Below are positions 39,119-48,909 of a DNA stretch of 64,000 bases, piece after piece. The notes under the pieces are model-generated. The model had not been told where the DNA came from, did not search any database, and saw only the letters and a list, made by a program, of their open reading frames with translations. Origin of the DNA: an uncultured delta proteobacterium (lineage in GTDB: Bacteria > Myxococcota > Kuafuiibacteriia > Kuafuiibacteriales > Kuafuiibacteriaceae); NCBI GenBank assembly GCA_963803435.1, contig CAWDML010000001.1, positions 2,048,001-2,112,000 on the forward strand, written 5' to 3'. A program made the translations under genes and the position numbers. Every line of letters begins with the position of its first letter. The stretch's first letter is position 1.

Positions 39119-39697
39119 CTACGGCTCGAAGTAGGCGCGCTTGAGGTAGACGTAGGCTGCGAAGCCCCACCAGCAGAGCACCACGGTGACGGTGGTCAGG
39201 GTCATGATCTCGAGGATCGAAGTCTTCGGCACGAAGCCGAGGGCACCACCGGCGCCTCGGATGGATTCGGCCAGGTCGGCATCGCGGGCCTTCGAGTCGA
39301 GCAAGTAGATGATCTTGTCGACCGTATAGATCACGGTTCCGCCGATCACGGCGCGGGCTCCCCACGGCTTCGGAACGACGAGCCCGATGCCCATCACCAC
39401 GAAGATGGCCACGTAGACGAGATGAAAGACGATCGCGACGGCCCCTCCGCGAACGGCCCCGAACAGCGGCACCGGCGAGGTGACCGTGTACAGCTCGATC
39501 AACGCCGAGAGAAAGAAGAACGCCCCGGCGCTCTTCATCGTGAAGGTGCCCTTCGCCTTCGTGCGGGAATCCGCACCTGCGGCGACGTAGACGCGTGCTG
39601 CCGGAGGCTGCCAGCGCTCCCCTTCCTTCTGCGCGCCGCAGAAGCGGCAGAGGATGGCGGCATCCTGGATCTCCTCGGCGCAAAACAGGCACTTCAT
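39119..39697 (-). CDS. Zinc-ribbon membrane protein
   Basis: MKCLFCAEEIQDAAILCRFCG followed by four TM segments. Confidence 0.8.
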   Translation of the reverse strand: MKCLFCAEEIQDAAILCRFCGAQKEGERWQPPAARVYVAAGADSRTKAKGTFTMKSAGAFFFLSALIELYTVTSPVPLFGAVRGGAVAIVFHLVYVAIFVVMGIGLVVPKPWGARAVIGGTVIYTVDKIIYLLDSKARDADLAESIRGAGGALGFVPKTSILEIMTLTTVTVVLCWWGFAAYVYLKRAYFEP

Positions 39698-40105
39698 GGC
39701 ATCCCTACGGGATGGGAGTTCGATATAGCGTGTACACTTCGTTGTCACCCACGAGCCCACCGCCACGCGTCTCGTGGACCTGCAGGCCGCCTTCAAAGCC
39801 GACGGCGGCGAGGCTCCACCTGTTCTGCGCCCCACGATCGGCTCGGGTTCGGACGAGTGCGGTCCGACGGCAGTGTGCCTGAATCCTCTGGAGCCATGCG
39901 TCGGTCTAAGAACCGGTCCTAAGACCGTCCGTTCGCTATTCCGTGTTGCACCGGCTCTAAGCAAGAGTGTGCCGAGCGGGTGAGAGCAGCTCGACGGCGA
40001 GCGTCGACCGGCGGTCAGCACCTCCAAGCCGGTGGGACGAGGTCGTTTCTGGATCTCGCGCTCGGTCGGATTGCCTGCGGGACCGACCTGGCCTACCGGA
40101 TCGAT

Positions 40106-42001
40106 GTGCGCGGATCTATCGCTTCGAAACGAGCCCCGACGATCGCTCTCACCCTGGTCTGCTGGGCCGGCTGCGCATTCGACGCCCCGAGCTCCGACCG
40201 CGAGCCCGACGAGATGCCGGAAGCGTCGAGGCCGATCACCGCCATGGAAGAGACCGGACCGATCGCGGAGGCGTGGCTCGAGCGCGCGAAGATTGAGTCG
40301 ACCTTCACGCTCGAGGAGGGGCTGCTGACGTCCCCTCCGCTGGACCTGCCGGCGCCGGCATCTCGGGCGAGCATCTGGATCCGGGAGGCCTCCGGGCCGG
40401 TCGGCGTGGAGGTGCAGGCCGGCTGGGCGAACGGGCAGGTCGGGCCGTGGATCTCGCTCTCCGAGGTTTGGTCGGAGAAGGGCCAGCGAGTCCTCGCGGT
40501 CGATCTCGACACGGCTGCGACGCGCCTTCGCTTTCGGCTGAGCCCAGAGGCGGTCCCCGGCATCCGCGGAGTGTTCTGGACCACGAGCGTGCCGCTGGCC
40601 CCCGAGGTCCGGAGCGGCGAGCTTCCCGATCCCGAGGTCGCGCTCGGATCGCCGGTTCGCCCTCGGTCGGACTGGTCGGCGCGAGCGGCTCGCTGCGGGC
40701 GCACGTCGATGCAGAGGACCGTCCGGCTGCGCCGGTTCCCGGCGCCGGCGGCGACCGAGGACGTCCAGGTCTTCCTGCGCGCCGCCCAAGCGTTCGATCA
40801 GGAGGGGCGCCTCTGGTGCGACGTTCGCGCGAGCTACCTGGCGGGCGACCAGCTCTGGATGGGACGCGGGCCGCGCGAGAGCGCCCTGGCGCCGGATGAG
40901 GTCGACGTGGTCGTGCTCGGCTGTGCTTCCTCCGAGGGTGCGCGTTCGACGCTCACCGCGCTGCTCGATCAGCTCACCGAAGAGTTGTCGCTGACGTCGC
41001 CGTCGCAGCTCTCGGTCGACGCATCGCCGGTCTGCCCGGCGGACACCTGGGTCGAGCAGGCGCTCGACGACTGGCTCGCGACCGCGCCCTTCGGCGTGGA
41101 GCCGCCGCCCCCGCCGCCACCACCACCGGCCGAAGAGGGACACGTGCTCGGGACGGTGCTCGACGACGTCACCAGCGCAGCGCTCTCCGGCGTGACGGCT
41201 CGATGCGACTGCGGGCCGATGGCCATGACCGACGCTGCGGGCGCCTTCGAGCTCCGCCTCCCGAGCGGGGCTCACACCATCACGTTCGAGAAGGACGGAT
41301 ACGACCCCGGCACAGAGACGGTGTCGATCGCCGAGGGAAGCGAGACCGTCCTCTCGGTGCGGCTCCAGCCGATCGACGCGCCCGATCCTCTGGTCAGCGT
41401 GATCGACCACTCCTTCTTGATCCAGCGCTTCGGCGGGAACGACGTCGATCCGTTCGACTACCCGGAGACGCAGGACGGCTTCCAGCAGTATCTCGACGCC
41501 GTCGGCGTCACCCATTTCGCGGCGTGGGAGTACGTCATCCCGAACAACCCGACCGTGGCGGCCGGCTGCGGGTACACGATCCTCCTCCCGGATCGGAGCT
41601 GGTGGCGAAAGGGCGCGGCGCTCGGGCTGCTCGCAGATCAGCTGCGGGCGCTGGTGAACGAGCCCGTCAACCTACGCAACTGGTGGCGACCCGACTGCTA
41701 CAACAATGGTGTCGGCGGCGCACCCGGCGGCGACCACCCGGACGCCGACGCGCTCGACCTCGACTTCGCCAGCGAGCGAAGCCGCGCGGACGCCCAGCGG
41801 TACCTCTGCGATGAGTACTGGCTGCAGGACATCGTAGCGCCCGAGGAGATCGCACCCGGGAGCAACCTGAACCCGCGGCTCAACATGTCGGTCGGGCTCG
41901 GCGCGATCACCATCCACGTCGGGTTGCTGTCCTCGAACGGCCGCCGGTTCTGGAAGTACGACTCGTACACGACGCTCACCAACTCGGGCACGTGCTGGTA
42001 G
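40106..42001 (+). CDS. Lipoprotein: degenerate PGRP/amidase domain + carboxypeptidase-regulatory-like domain + peptidase M15-like domain
   Basis: Lipobox WAGC; RSDWSARAARC...WCDV...GRG; TDAAGAF...FEKDGY; NWWRPDCYN..VGGA..GDH...ALDL...IHVG. Start uncertain. Confidence 0.75.
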   Translation: MRGSIASKRAPTIALTLVCWAGCAFDAPSSDREPDEMPEASRPITAMEETGPIAEAWLERAKIESTFTLEEGLLTSPPLDLPAPASRASIWIREASGPVGVEVQAGWANGQVGPWISLSEVWSEKGQRVLAVDLDTAATRLRFRLSPEAVPGIRGVFWTTSVPLAPEVRSGELPDPEVALGSPVRPRSDWSARAARCGRTSMQRTVRLRRFPAPAATEDVQVFLRAAQAFDQEGRLWCDVRASYLAGDQLWMGRGPRESALAPDEVDVVVLGCASSEGARSTLTALLDQLTEELSLTSPSQLSVDASPVCPADTWVEQALDDWLATAPFGVEPPPPPPPPPAEEGHVLGTVLDDVTSAALSGVTARCDCGPMAMTDAAGAFELRLPSGAHTITFEKDGYDPGTETVSIAEGSETVLSVRLQPIDAPDPLVSVIDHSFLIQRFGGNDVDPFDYPETQDGFQQYLDAVGVTHFAAWEYVIPNNPTVAAGCGYTILLPDRSWWRKGAALGLLADQLRALVNEPVNLRNWWRPDCYNNGVGGAPGGDHPDADALDLDFASERSRADAQRYLCDEYWLQDIVAPEEIAPGSNLNPRLNMSVGLGAITIHVGLLSSNGRRFWKYDSYTTLTNSGTCW

Positions 42002-42009
42002 AGGCGGAG

Positions 42010-42387
42010 TCAAAGGGTCGCGAAGAGGTCGATCTGGTTCCCGTCGGGGTCGGACACGCACGCGTACCGCTGGCCCCAGAACGCGTCCCACGGGTCCTTG
42101 ATCCCCTCGAAGCCGGCTCGCGTCAGCTTCGCGTAGACAGCGTCAACGTCGGCCGGCGACGCCCGCTTGAAGCAAAGGTTGACGCCATTGCCCCGAATCT
42201 TCTTCCACTCCGGTTCGAAGCTCCGGATCACCGCCACCGAGTCCACGAGCAATCGAACGCCGCTCGGTGTGAGCCCCTCGAAGTGGTCCGCGTCTCCGTG
42301 GCGTTTCAAGTGGATGCCGAGCAGTCCATAGAACTCGACCGCTCGCTCAATGTTCTCGCTGACGATCCCGATACCATCCAGACTCAT
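42010..42387 (-). CDS. VOC/glyoxalase family protein
   Basis: PWDAFWGQRYACVSDPDGNQIDLF. Confidence 0.92.
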   Translation of the reverse strand: MSLDGIGIVSENIERAVEFYGLLGIHLKRHGDADHFEGLTPSGVRLLVDSVAVIRSFEPEWKKIRGNGVNLCFKRASPADVDAVYAKLTRAGFEGIKDPWDAFWGQRYACVSDPDGNQIDLFATL

Positions 42388-42462
42388 GCCGATCCTCCCT
42401 GTCGATGGCCAGGTTAGGAGACTTGCTCCAAGAGAAGCGTGACAGAATCGACGACTTTTTGC

Positions 42463-42625
42463 GCTTCGGGCGACCGCTGGGGCTCGCAGTCTTCAGGTGC
42501 GAGCCGACAGCACGCGTGCGACGATCCCGTTTGCTCGTAGACGCCGTAGATCGTAGCTCATCCGGAGAGCCTCTTGATCAGCACCGGCCAGATGACCGGA
42601 CAGCCGCGGTGCTCATGGAGGAACC
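42463..42625. repeat. Dispersed two-block repeat, copy B
   Basis: Same two blocks as 1929-2153 with a shorter spacer (about 62 versus 123 bp). Confidence 0.8.
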
Positions 42626-42659
42626 ACCCGAGGCCGGGCGCATGTGGTACCAGGGTACC

Positions 42660-44315
42660 ATGCCACGGCCGGACGCACTGACGCGGGGCCGCGACGCCTT
42701 CGCCCGCAACGACTGGCAGGAGGCGAACGCCCAGCTCTCGATCGCAGCCGAGGTCTCGCCAATGGAACCGCGGGACCTGATGTCGCTGGCGACAGCGGCT
42801 TATCTCGTCGGAGAGGAAGAGGCTGCGACCCGTTGCTGGCGGCGGGCGCACCTCGAGCTCATCAACCGCGGCGAGCTCGAGGCCGCGGCGCGCTGCGGAT
42901 TCTGGCTCAGCTTCAGCCTCCTCCTCGGCGGTGCGGCGGCTCAGAGCCGCGGCTGGTTGTCGCGCACCCAGAAGTTGATCGACGACCACGGGCTCGACTG
43001 CGTCGAGCGCGGATACCTGGCTGTGCTCCTCGGGCTGATGCTGCTCGGCAAGGGAGACAACGGTGCCGCCGGTGAGGCGTTTCAGGAGGCAGCGACGTTG
43101 GCCGATCGCTTCGGCGACGTCGACCTGGGGGCGCTCGGCGCGCTCAGCCGCGGTCAAGCATTGATCGCAGAGGGCGATACGACCGAGGGCGTGGCCCTGC
43201 TCGACCAAGCAATGATCGCGGTCATCGGCGGAGAGGTGTCACCCGTCCTCGCCGGCACCATCTATTGTGCCGTGATCCTAACTTGCCAGCGGATCTACGA
43301 CCTGCACCGGGCTCGGGAGTGGACCAACGCGCTGAACGCCTGGTGTGCCCGTCAGCCCCAGCTGGTGGCGTTTCGCGGCCGGTGCCGGGTCCACCGCTCG
43401 GAGATCCTGCAGCGACAGGGCGAGTGGAGCGAGGCCCTCGAGGAGGCGAAGCGGGCCTCCGAGCAACTGTCCGATCCACCGCAGAAGTCGGCCGGGCACG
43501 CCTTCTATCAGCGCGGGGAGATCCACCGGATGCGCGGCGACTTCGAGCTCGCGGAGAAGATGTATCGCGAAGCGGCCCGGATCGGCCGGGAGCCCCAGCC
43601 GGGCGTGGCGCTCCTCCGGATGGCGCAGGGCGATCTCGAGTCGGCGTCGGCCGCGATGCGCCGGGTCGTCGACGAGGCGAAGCCTGGTCACGGCCTGACC
43701 GGAGGCGCGCCGCGTGCGCAGGTCCTCGGCCCCTACGTGGAGATCATGCTCGCGACGGACGACCTCCGCTCGGCGAGGGCTGCGGCCGACGAGCTCGCCG
43801 AGATCGCGAATGGTACCCGCGCCGATCTGCTGAGCGCCCTCTCGGCGGAGGCGACCGGCGCCGTCCTGCTCAAGGAGAACGATCCGAAGGCTGCCCTGGC
43901 CGCGCTGCGATGCGCCTGGACCTACTGGCAGCGCCTGGAGGCCCCGTACGAATCGGCGCGCGTGCGGGTCCTGATCGCCCTCTCCTGCCGGGACCTCGGG
44001 GATACGGACACCGCAGAGATGCACCTCGAGGCCGCTCGAGCAGTCTTCGCTCGACTCTCGGCCGCCCCCGATCTCGCCCGGATCGAAGAAGAGATGGGAT
44101 CGAAGCGAGCGCACGCGGGCCACGACGGACTCACGGGTCGCGAGCTCGAGGTCCTCGCGCTGGTGGCCTCGGGCAAGACGAACCGCCGGATCGCCTCGGA
44201 GCTGCACATCAGCGAGCACACGGTCGCCCGCCACCTGAGCAACATCTTCAGAAAGATCGGCGTCTCCTCCCGCACGGCCGCCAGCACTTTCGCCCTTCAG
44301 CACGGCCTCTTGTGA
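42660..44315 (+). CDS. LuxR-family regulator with a TPR-like body
   Basis: C-terminal LTGRELEVLALVASGKTNRRIASELHISEHTVARHLSNIFRKIG. Confidence 0.92.
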   Translation: MPRPDALTRGRDAFARNDWQEANAQLSIAAEVSPMEPRDLMSLATAAYLVGEEEAATRCWRRAHLELINRGELEAAARCGFWLSFSLLLGGAAAQSRGWLSRTQKLIDDHGLDCVERGYLAVLLGLMLLGKGDNGAAGEAFQEAATLADRFGDVDLGALGALSRGQALIAEGDTTEGVALLDQAMIAVIGGEVSPVLAGTIYCAVILTCQRIYDLHRAREWTNALNAWCARQPQLVAFRGRCRVHRSEILQRQGEWSEALEEAKRASEQLSDPPQKSAGHAFYQRGEIHRMRGDFELAEKMYREAARIGREPQPGVALLRMAQGDLESASAAMRRVVDEAKPGHGLTGGAPRAQVLGPYVEIMLATDDLRSARAAADELAEIANGTRADLLSALSAEATGAVLLKENDPKAALAALRCAWTYWQRLEAPYESARVRVLIALSCRDLGDTDTAEMHLEAARAVFARLSAAPDLARIEEEMGSKRAHAGHDGLTGRELEVLALVASGKTNRRIASELHISEHTVARHLSNIFRKIGVSSRTAASTFALQHGLL

Positions 44316-44349
44316 CCGGGCGTGGTCAAGATCGACCACGCGACCGCCC

Positions 44350-45302
44350 CGGGCTCCGAAGCTGATGAGGACGGAGTCGACGCGTCTTGGTTCTGTTCGC
44401 GTCCAACAGCGATGTGGGCATCGATCTGATTGTTGTCGCAGAATTCGATGTTGGTCGCGCTCAGATAGCCGTTGTCTGCCGTCATCTTCCGCGGAGCATC
44501 GCCGCAGTTGCCGAACACATCAGGGAGCATCGGGACGAGGTGTTGCTGATCAGGTGCCTGGTTGCTGACCCCTTCGGCGACAATCACCTGAGCGTGCTCA
44601 TCTACGACAACTTGGGCATTGTAGGCCTGGAGGTACGCTCCCTCCTTCAACATGATCCTGCTGTCTGAGTCGGTGAAGTTCCTCTGAGCGTTGGAGCAAG
44701 AACGATTGTCTCGGAGTCCAAGAACGGTATTGCTTCGCCACGAAACCATGGGATCAAGTCCAGGCGTCGAAGTCGATCCGCCCAACGATCGATTCCAGAC
44801 GAAACGACCTCCAAGAACTTCTGCTGGTCAAAGTGGACGAGCTACCGCAAGCTAGCTTGCATGGTCACTTTCGATCACGAGATGCTCGAGGTCTACCAGT
44901 TCGCCGTCGAGTATGCGACATCGCTGAAGAGATCGCACAAGAACTGCAACCCGGTCGCGCTCACGTCCGCGATCAGCTTCGGCGGGCATCCGATTCCATC
45001 GTGAACAACACCGCCGAGGGCGCCGGAGAGTTCAATCCACCTGAGAAGGCTCGCTTCTACCGGATGGCACTTCGCTCTGGCACCGAAAGCGCCGCCTCAC
45101 TCCACACCTGCTTGAGGCGCCGACTCGCCAACGAGCAGAAGGTCCAAGCCGCCAGAGCCAAGCTCAAGCGCGTTGTCGAGAGGCTCACGCGCCTCATCAA
45201 GTCGATGAACGCACGCCGGGCTGCATGATCGCCATCGGGACCGGGACCGGGACCGGCACCCGGACCGGGCTCGCGGTAGCGCTACGCGCTACACGCTCCT
45301 AG
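44350..45302 (-). mobile_element. IS1182-family element remnant, copy 1 (left end, passenger gene, deleted transposase)
   Basis: Transposase N-terminus VAKQYRSWTPRQSFLL fused to NAQRNFTDSDSRIM...QAYNAQ...ADNGY; terminal sequence 45234-45302 ends CTACACGCTCCTAG; the other end was not found. Confidence 0.85.
44861..45228 (+). CDS. Four-helix-bundle protein (23S IVP/bAvd-like); 1-nt frameshift near 44913
   Basis: FDHEMLEVYQFA...DQLRRASDSIVNNTAEGAG...KARFYRMALRSGTESAA. Confidence 0.85.
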
Positions 45303-45394
45303 GGCCCGTCGATCGCGCCCGCAACGTCGGGGTGGAGACCTGCCGATGGTCGTACGCGCGTGCGCGGGTGACCGCGGTACCCTCGGGCCCTGTG

Positions 45395-46078
45395 ATGAAC
45401 GCCGTGAGGACCACCCTCTCCGCCCTCTGCGTCGCGATCGTCGCCGCGGGGTGCGGGCCCGAGGAGGGCGGGATCGATGCGACCGCGATGGACTCGGGTG
45501 TCGCGATGGATGCAGCGACCACGCCGGATGCAGGCGGGTCACCGGACGCAGGGCTGTTCGCCGGGACGCTCGCCGCCGGAACGTTCTCACTCCCTGCGGC
45601 CCTGGCCTTCGGCGATCCCGGCTTTCACGAGCCGTTCTCCATGATACACACGCTGCCTGCGGATCTCGGCCCCACGGCGGGCGCGCGCCTGGTCGTCCGG
45701 CTCGTCGACACCACCCAGGTCGGCATCACCTGCCTCGCGGACCATCCCACCTCAGGCTGCGCCACGGTCGATTGGTCCGACTTCGAAGATCGGCCGAACG
45801 TTCCGATGGGCGGCGTCTTCGACAACCGGATCAGCGTCGTCACGTCCGACGGACCGCGCGACTACTTCCTGAGCCAGTCGAGCGACCTCGCCGATTCGCC
45901 GGATCCCTACGTCCCGACCTGACCGCATACGGCGGTGGGCGGGTCCGCCCACGAGTGGGACGCTGTGCTCGACAACGATCTGGTCGGTGGCAGCACGCTC
46001 GAGGTCCGGCTGGTGATGACCAAGTTCGGACCTCCAGCGGTGGAGATCGCGTACAGCGTCGACGTCGAGCCGAACTGA
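45395..46078 (+). CDS. Lipoprotein, candidate selenoprotein (in-frame TGA at 45920-45922)
   Basis: Lipobox AAGC; frame stays open for 51 codons after the TGA with 44/51 G/C third positions; SECIS-like hairpin follows the TGA. Confidence 0.6.
45934..45952 (+). promoter_or_regulatory. Putative bacterial SECIS element
   Basis: TGA + 11 nt + GGTGGGCGGGTCCGCCCAC (stem GTGGGCG/CGCCCAC, loop GGTC). Confidence 0.5.
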
Positions 46079-46089
46079 GTCGCGCAGGG

Positions 46090-46230
46090 TAGGCCACGGT
46101 GGCGGCATCACCGAAGACGTGGATCTGGCGCTTCCGCTCCTCGAACCGGGTGGTCTTCGCTCGCGTGGCGAAGTCGACGTAGGTGGCCACGATCGCCTGC
46201 GTCGGATCGCCGCTCACCCAGGCTTGCTCC
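46090..46230 (-). pseudogene. NTF2-like/DUF4440 gene fragment
   Basis: AIVATYVDFATRAKTTRFEERKRQIHVFGDAATVAY. Confidence 0.45.
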
Positions 46231-46374
46231 TCCGGCGAACCCGGTCGATCGCTGAGCGACGGAGGTACCACACGTGCACGCGCAAGGCGCGCGGATACTG
46301 CGTCCTCGACGCGAACCGCGAGCGGCTCGCCGACACGCCGGCCTGACCTGAACTTCATCCCGGCACCCCCTGCG

Positions 46375-46505
46375 ACTTGAGCGGCTTGCCGCCGGAGATG
46401 GATCTTCGAGTGCACGACCGGAGCCAGGAGACGAAGTGGCGCTCCGTGGGAAACGCCGTGATCTTGGTGCCGAGCTCCGTCAGGAGGACTTGCGCGGCTC
46501 CCGAT
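46375..46505 (-). mobile_element. IS110-family transposase fragment
   Basis: GAAQVLLTELGTKITAFPTERHFVSWLR...ISGGKPLK. Confidence 0.7.
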
Positions 46506-46630
46506 GCGGGTCACGCCAAGGCGCGCCGCTTCTCAACCCACAGGATCGCATCGACCAGGGCGTCCCTGATCAGGCGGCGCAGGAGATCTCTGATCCGCTG
46601 CCACTGCTCGTCGGTCAGTCCATAGGTGAG
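46506..46630 (-). mobile_element. IS5-family transposase N-terminal fragment
   Basis: YGLTDEQWQRIRDLL...LVDAILWV, then SGAPWRD after a frameshift. Confidence 0.75.
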
Positions 46631-46655
46631 CGGTCGGCAGCCCGGCGTGAGCTCC

Positions 46656-47768
46656 TCAGGCGAGCTCGATGACGGTGATCTCGGCGGGCGCCATCAAACG
46701 GATGGGCGGTCCCCAGTAGAACGTTCCGCGGGAGACGTAGAGCCACATCTGCTCCACACGGTACAGCCCGGCGTTGAACCGGTGAACGAAGCGAACCAGG
46801 AGGGTCCAGGGCACGAACTGGCCCCCGTGCGTGTGCCCGGAGAGCTGGAGATCGACCCGCTCCTTCGACGCCGCCAGCGCCGTCTTGGGATGATGGGCGA
46901 GCAGGATACACACGGCGTGGTCCGGCGCTCCGCGGAGCGAGCGCCGCACGTCGGCGGCGGGGTCGTCCGTGGAGCCGAGAATCGTCGACGCCCGCGACCA
47001 GCAGCTCCTCGCGCACCATGCAGTGCGTGTTGTGGAGGACCACCATGCCGAGCTGCTGGAGATGAGGCAGCCACTCCCCGAGCCCCGAGTAGTGCTCGTG
47101 ATTGCCGGCGACAAAGTAGGTGCCGGAGCGCGACTGGAGATCGGCGAGCGGCGCGGCGTGTGGGCCGAGCTGAGCGACCGAATCCGTCGACGAGAATCGC
47201 CGGTGATGGCGATGATGTCCGCGCCGAGCTGATTGACCCGGTGGACCATCCGCTCGATGTGCTCGCGACGAACGGTCTCGCCGATGTGGACGTCGCTCAG
47301 CTGCACGATGCGAAAGCCAGCGAGCGCGCTCGGCAGGTTCTCTATGGGCACGCGCACGCGCTTGGTACGTGGTCCGAGCCGGACCTGGAGCCAACCCCAT
47401 CCGAACATGAGGAGCGCGAGCCCCACCGCGCCCACGCTGCTCCATCGCTCGAGACGGATCGATCGCGGCAGGAACCAGCCGATCGTCACCCACAGGGCGT
47501 CCCGCGCCAGGACGGCGGTGACCAGGAACGAGCCGAACGCCATCATCAGCTGGGACACCCGCCGCACCTTCCGCCGGCGCGCAAAGGCGCGCAGCCGTCC
47601 GCCCCGCCACCAGCTCAGGGGATACAGGATCATCAGGGAGAAGCTCGCGAGGAGCGCCAGCCCGCAGGCCAGGGAGACAGCGAGCGACGCATGCAGTGGG
47701 GCCACCAAGCGCCAGGCCATCAGGACGTACACGGCGGTGGCGACAATCAGGGCGCGCGCGAGTCTCAT
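46656..47768 (-). CDS. Membrane metallophosphoesterase (YkuE/YaeI-like), frameshifted
   Basis: QLSDVHIG, ITGD, GNHEHY (other frame), LAHHP, LSGHTHGGQ, YVSRG. Confidence 0.85.
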   Translation of the reverse strand: MRLARALIVATAVYVLMAWRLVAPLHASLAVSLACGLALLASFSLMILYPLSWWRGGRLRAFARRRKVRRVSQLMMAFGSFLVTAVLARDALWVTIGWFLPRSIRLERWSSVGAVGLALLMFGWGWLQVRLGPRTKRVRVPIENLPSALAGFRIVQLSDVHIGETVRREHIERMVHRVNQLGADIIAITGDSRRRIRSLSSAHTPRRSPISSRAPAPTLSPAITSTTRGSGSGCLISSSSAWWSSTTRTAWCARSCWSRASTILGSTDDPAADVRRSLRGAPDHAVCILLAHHPKTALAASKERVDLQLSGHTHGGQFVPWTLLVRFVHRFNAGLYRVEQMWLYVSRGTFYWGPPIRLMAPAEITVIELA

Positions 47769-47914
47769 CAGTGGGTCCGGATCGCTTGGGAGATCTCGTC
47801 CGGCCGAGTCAAGGCGTCGCCCCGATGGCGCTATCTTCGCGCGCTAGTGCTCGAGCGCCGGGCCGGTCGAGTGGCAACGTGTTCGGACGCCTGCCGGACG
47901 ACGACGGCGGCAGG

Positions 47915-48544
47915 ATGTGGCACGCGATCCTCGTGGGACTCGAACGCTCTGCCCTGGTGATCGCGCTGGGCCTCGCCCTGTGCCTCGGGTGCTCGCCGGA
48001 GCGGCGGCCGTCCGGCTCAACGCGCCCGCGCGACGCGTCGACCGCCGACAGCGGCGCCGAAAGCGACCGCGACGGCGGCTCCACCGGCGACCCGATGGAC
48101 GCCGCGACGCTGGACGGCAGCGGACCGTCGGACACCGGCGGCGTCCAGAACGACGCCGGTGTTCCCTCTGACGGCGGACCCGCGGCGGACGCCGGCGACC
48201 CGGGCGCCGACGCGGGCGCCTCCGGTGCCGACGGCGGCCCGGGGATGAGCGCCTGCAACAATGAGGGTGATCTCGCGATCCTCCAGACGGTCGACGTCGA
48301 GGGACAGGCCGGGACCTGCGGGCTGGGCTGCATCACCGATCCGAACCGCGTCATGTGCGCCTCGGACTGCGTCTCGAACGCCACCGGGCTCTCGGCGGGC
48401 TGCTCCATGTGCTTCGCCGCAGCCATCGAGTGCACGATCACCAACTGCATTGGGTCGTGTCTCGACCCGGCCGCGCCCGCCTGCCAGCAGTGCCAGATCG
48501 ACAACGGGTGCCGCGACGTGTTCACCGCCTGCTCCGGCGTGTGA
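47915..48544 (+). CDS. Cys-rich lipoprotein with a DAG/DGG low-complexity linker
   Basis: Lipobox CLGC; C-terminal CxxxC/CxxC-rich domain. Confidence 0.75.
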   Translation: MWHAILVGLERSALVIALGLALCLGCSPERRPSGSTRPRDASTADSGAESDRDGGSTGDPMDAATLDGSGPSDTGGVQNDAGVPSDGGPAADAGDPGADAGASGADGGPGMSACNNEGDLAILQTVDVEGQAGTCGLGCITDPNRVMCASDCVSNATGLSAGCSMCFAAAIECTITNCIGSCLDPAAPACQQCQIDNGCRDVFTACSGV

Positions 48545-48551
48545 CCGGTAC

Positions 48552-48573
48552 CCGAGACAGCCGCTGTGCTCGG
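48552..48573. terminator. Hairpin downstream of the lipoprotein gene
   Basis: CCGAGACAGC-C-GCTGTGCTCGG stem; no U-tract. Confidence 0.3.
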
Positions 48574-48663
48574 TGTCACCGGTACCTGAAGTGAGGAGCG
48601 CCGTCATCGCCGAGTAAGCGAAGGTCATCGGTGGCGCTGATAGCGTCGTGCTCGGAGGAACAC

Positions 48664-48909
48664 ATGAGCAACGAACGCGTCAATGACACTGGCAACAGCA
48701 CCCCCGTCACCGGCATGAGCGCCGACGCTGCGGAGCGATGGGCGGCGAACGGCAGCTCCAACAACGCCCACCCGCCGCTGATCGACGGCGGCCCCATCGG
48801 TGACGCCGTTCGTTGGATGATCCCCGACTTCATCGAGCGTCCCATGGCGAGTGCGCGCGACTCGGTGCTCGGCGGGCTGAAGAGCGCGTGGAAGGGACTC
48901 TTCGGATGA
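48664..48909 (+). CDS. Small hypothetical protein
   Basis: GGAGGA RBS; amphipathic C-terminus LKSAWKGLFG. Confidence 0.65.
   Translation: MSNERVNDTGNSTPVTGMSADAAERWAANGSSNNAHPPLIDGGPIGDAVRWMIPDFIERPMASARDSVLGGLKSAWKGLFG

Noticed and set aside
44861-45228. Four-helix-bundle (bAvd-like) gene as a sign of a diversity-generating retroelement
   Set aside because: No reverse transcriptase and no template/variable repeat pair with adenine-specific differences in the window
45234-45302. GGGACC-type repeats as a CRISPR array
   Set aside because: Short hexamer repeats without spacers; part of the IS terminal repeat; no cas genes
48542-48590. TGA followed by a hairpin after the Cys-rich lipoprotein as a second Sec candidate
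   Set aside because: Only 14 codons follow before the next stop and there is no G-containing apical loop like a SECIS; more likely a terminator-type stem
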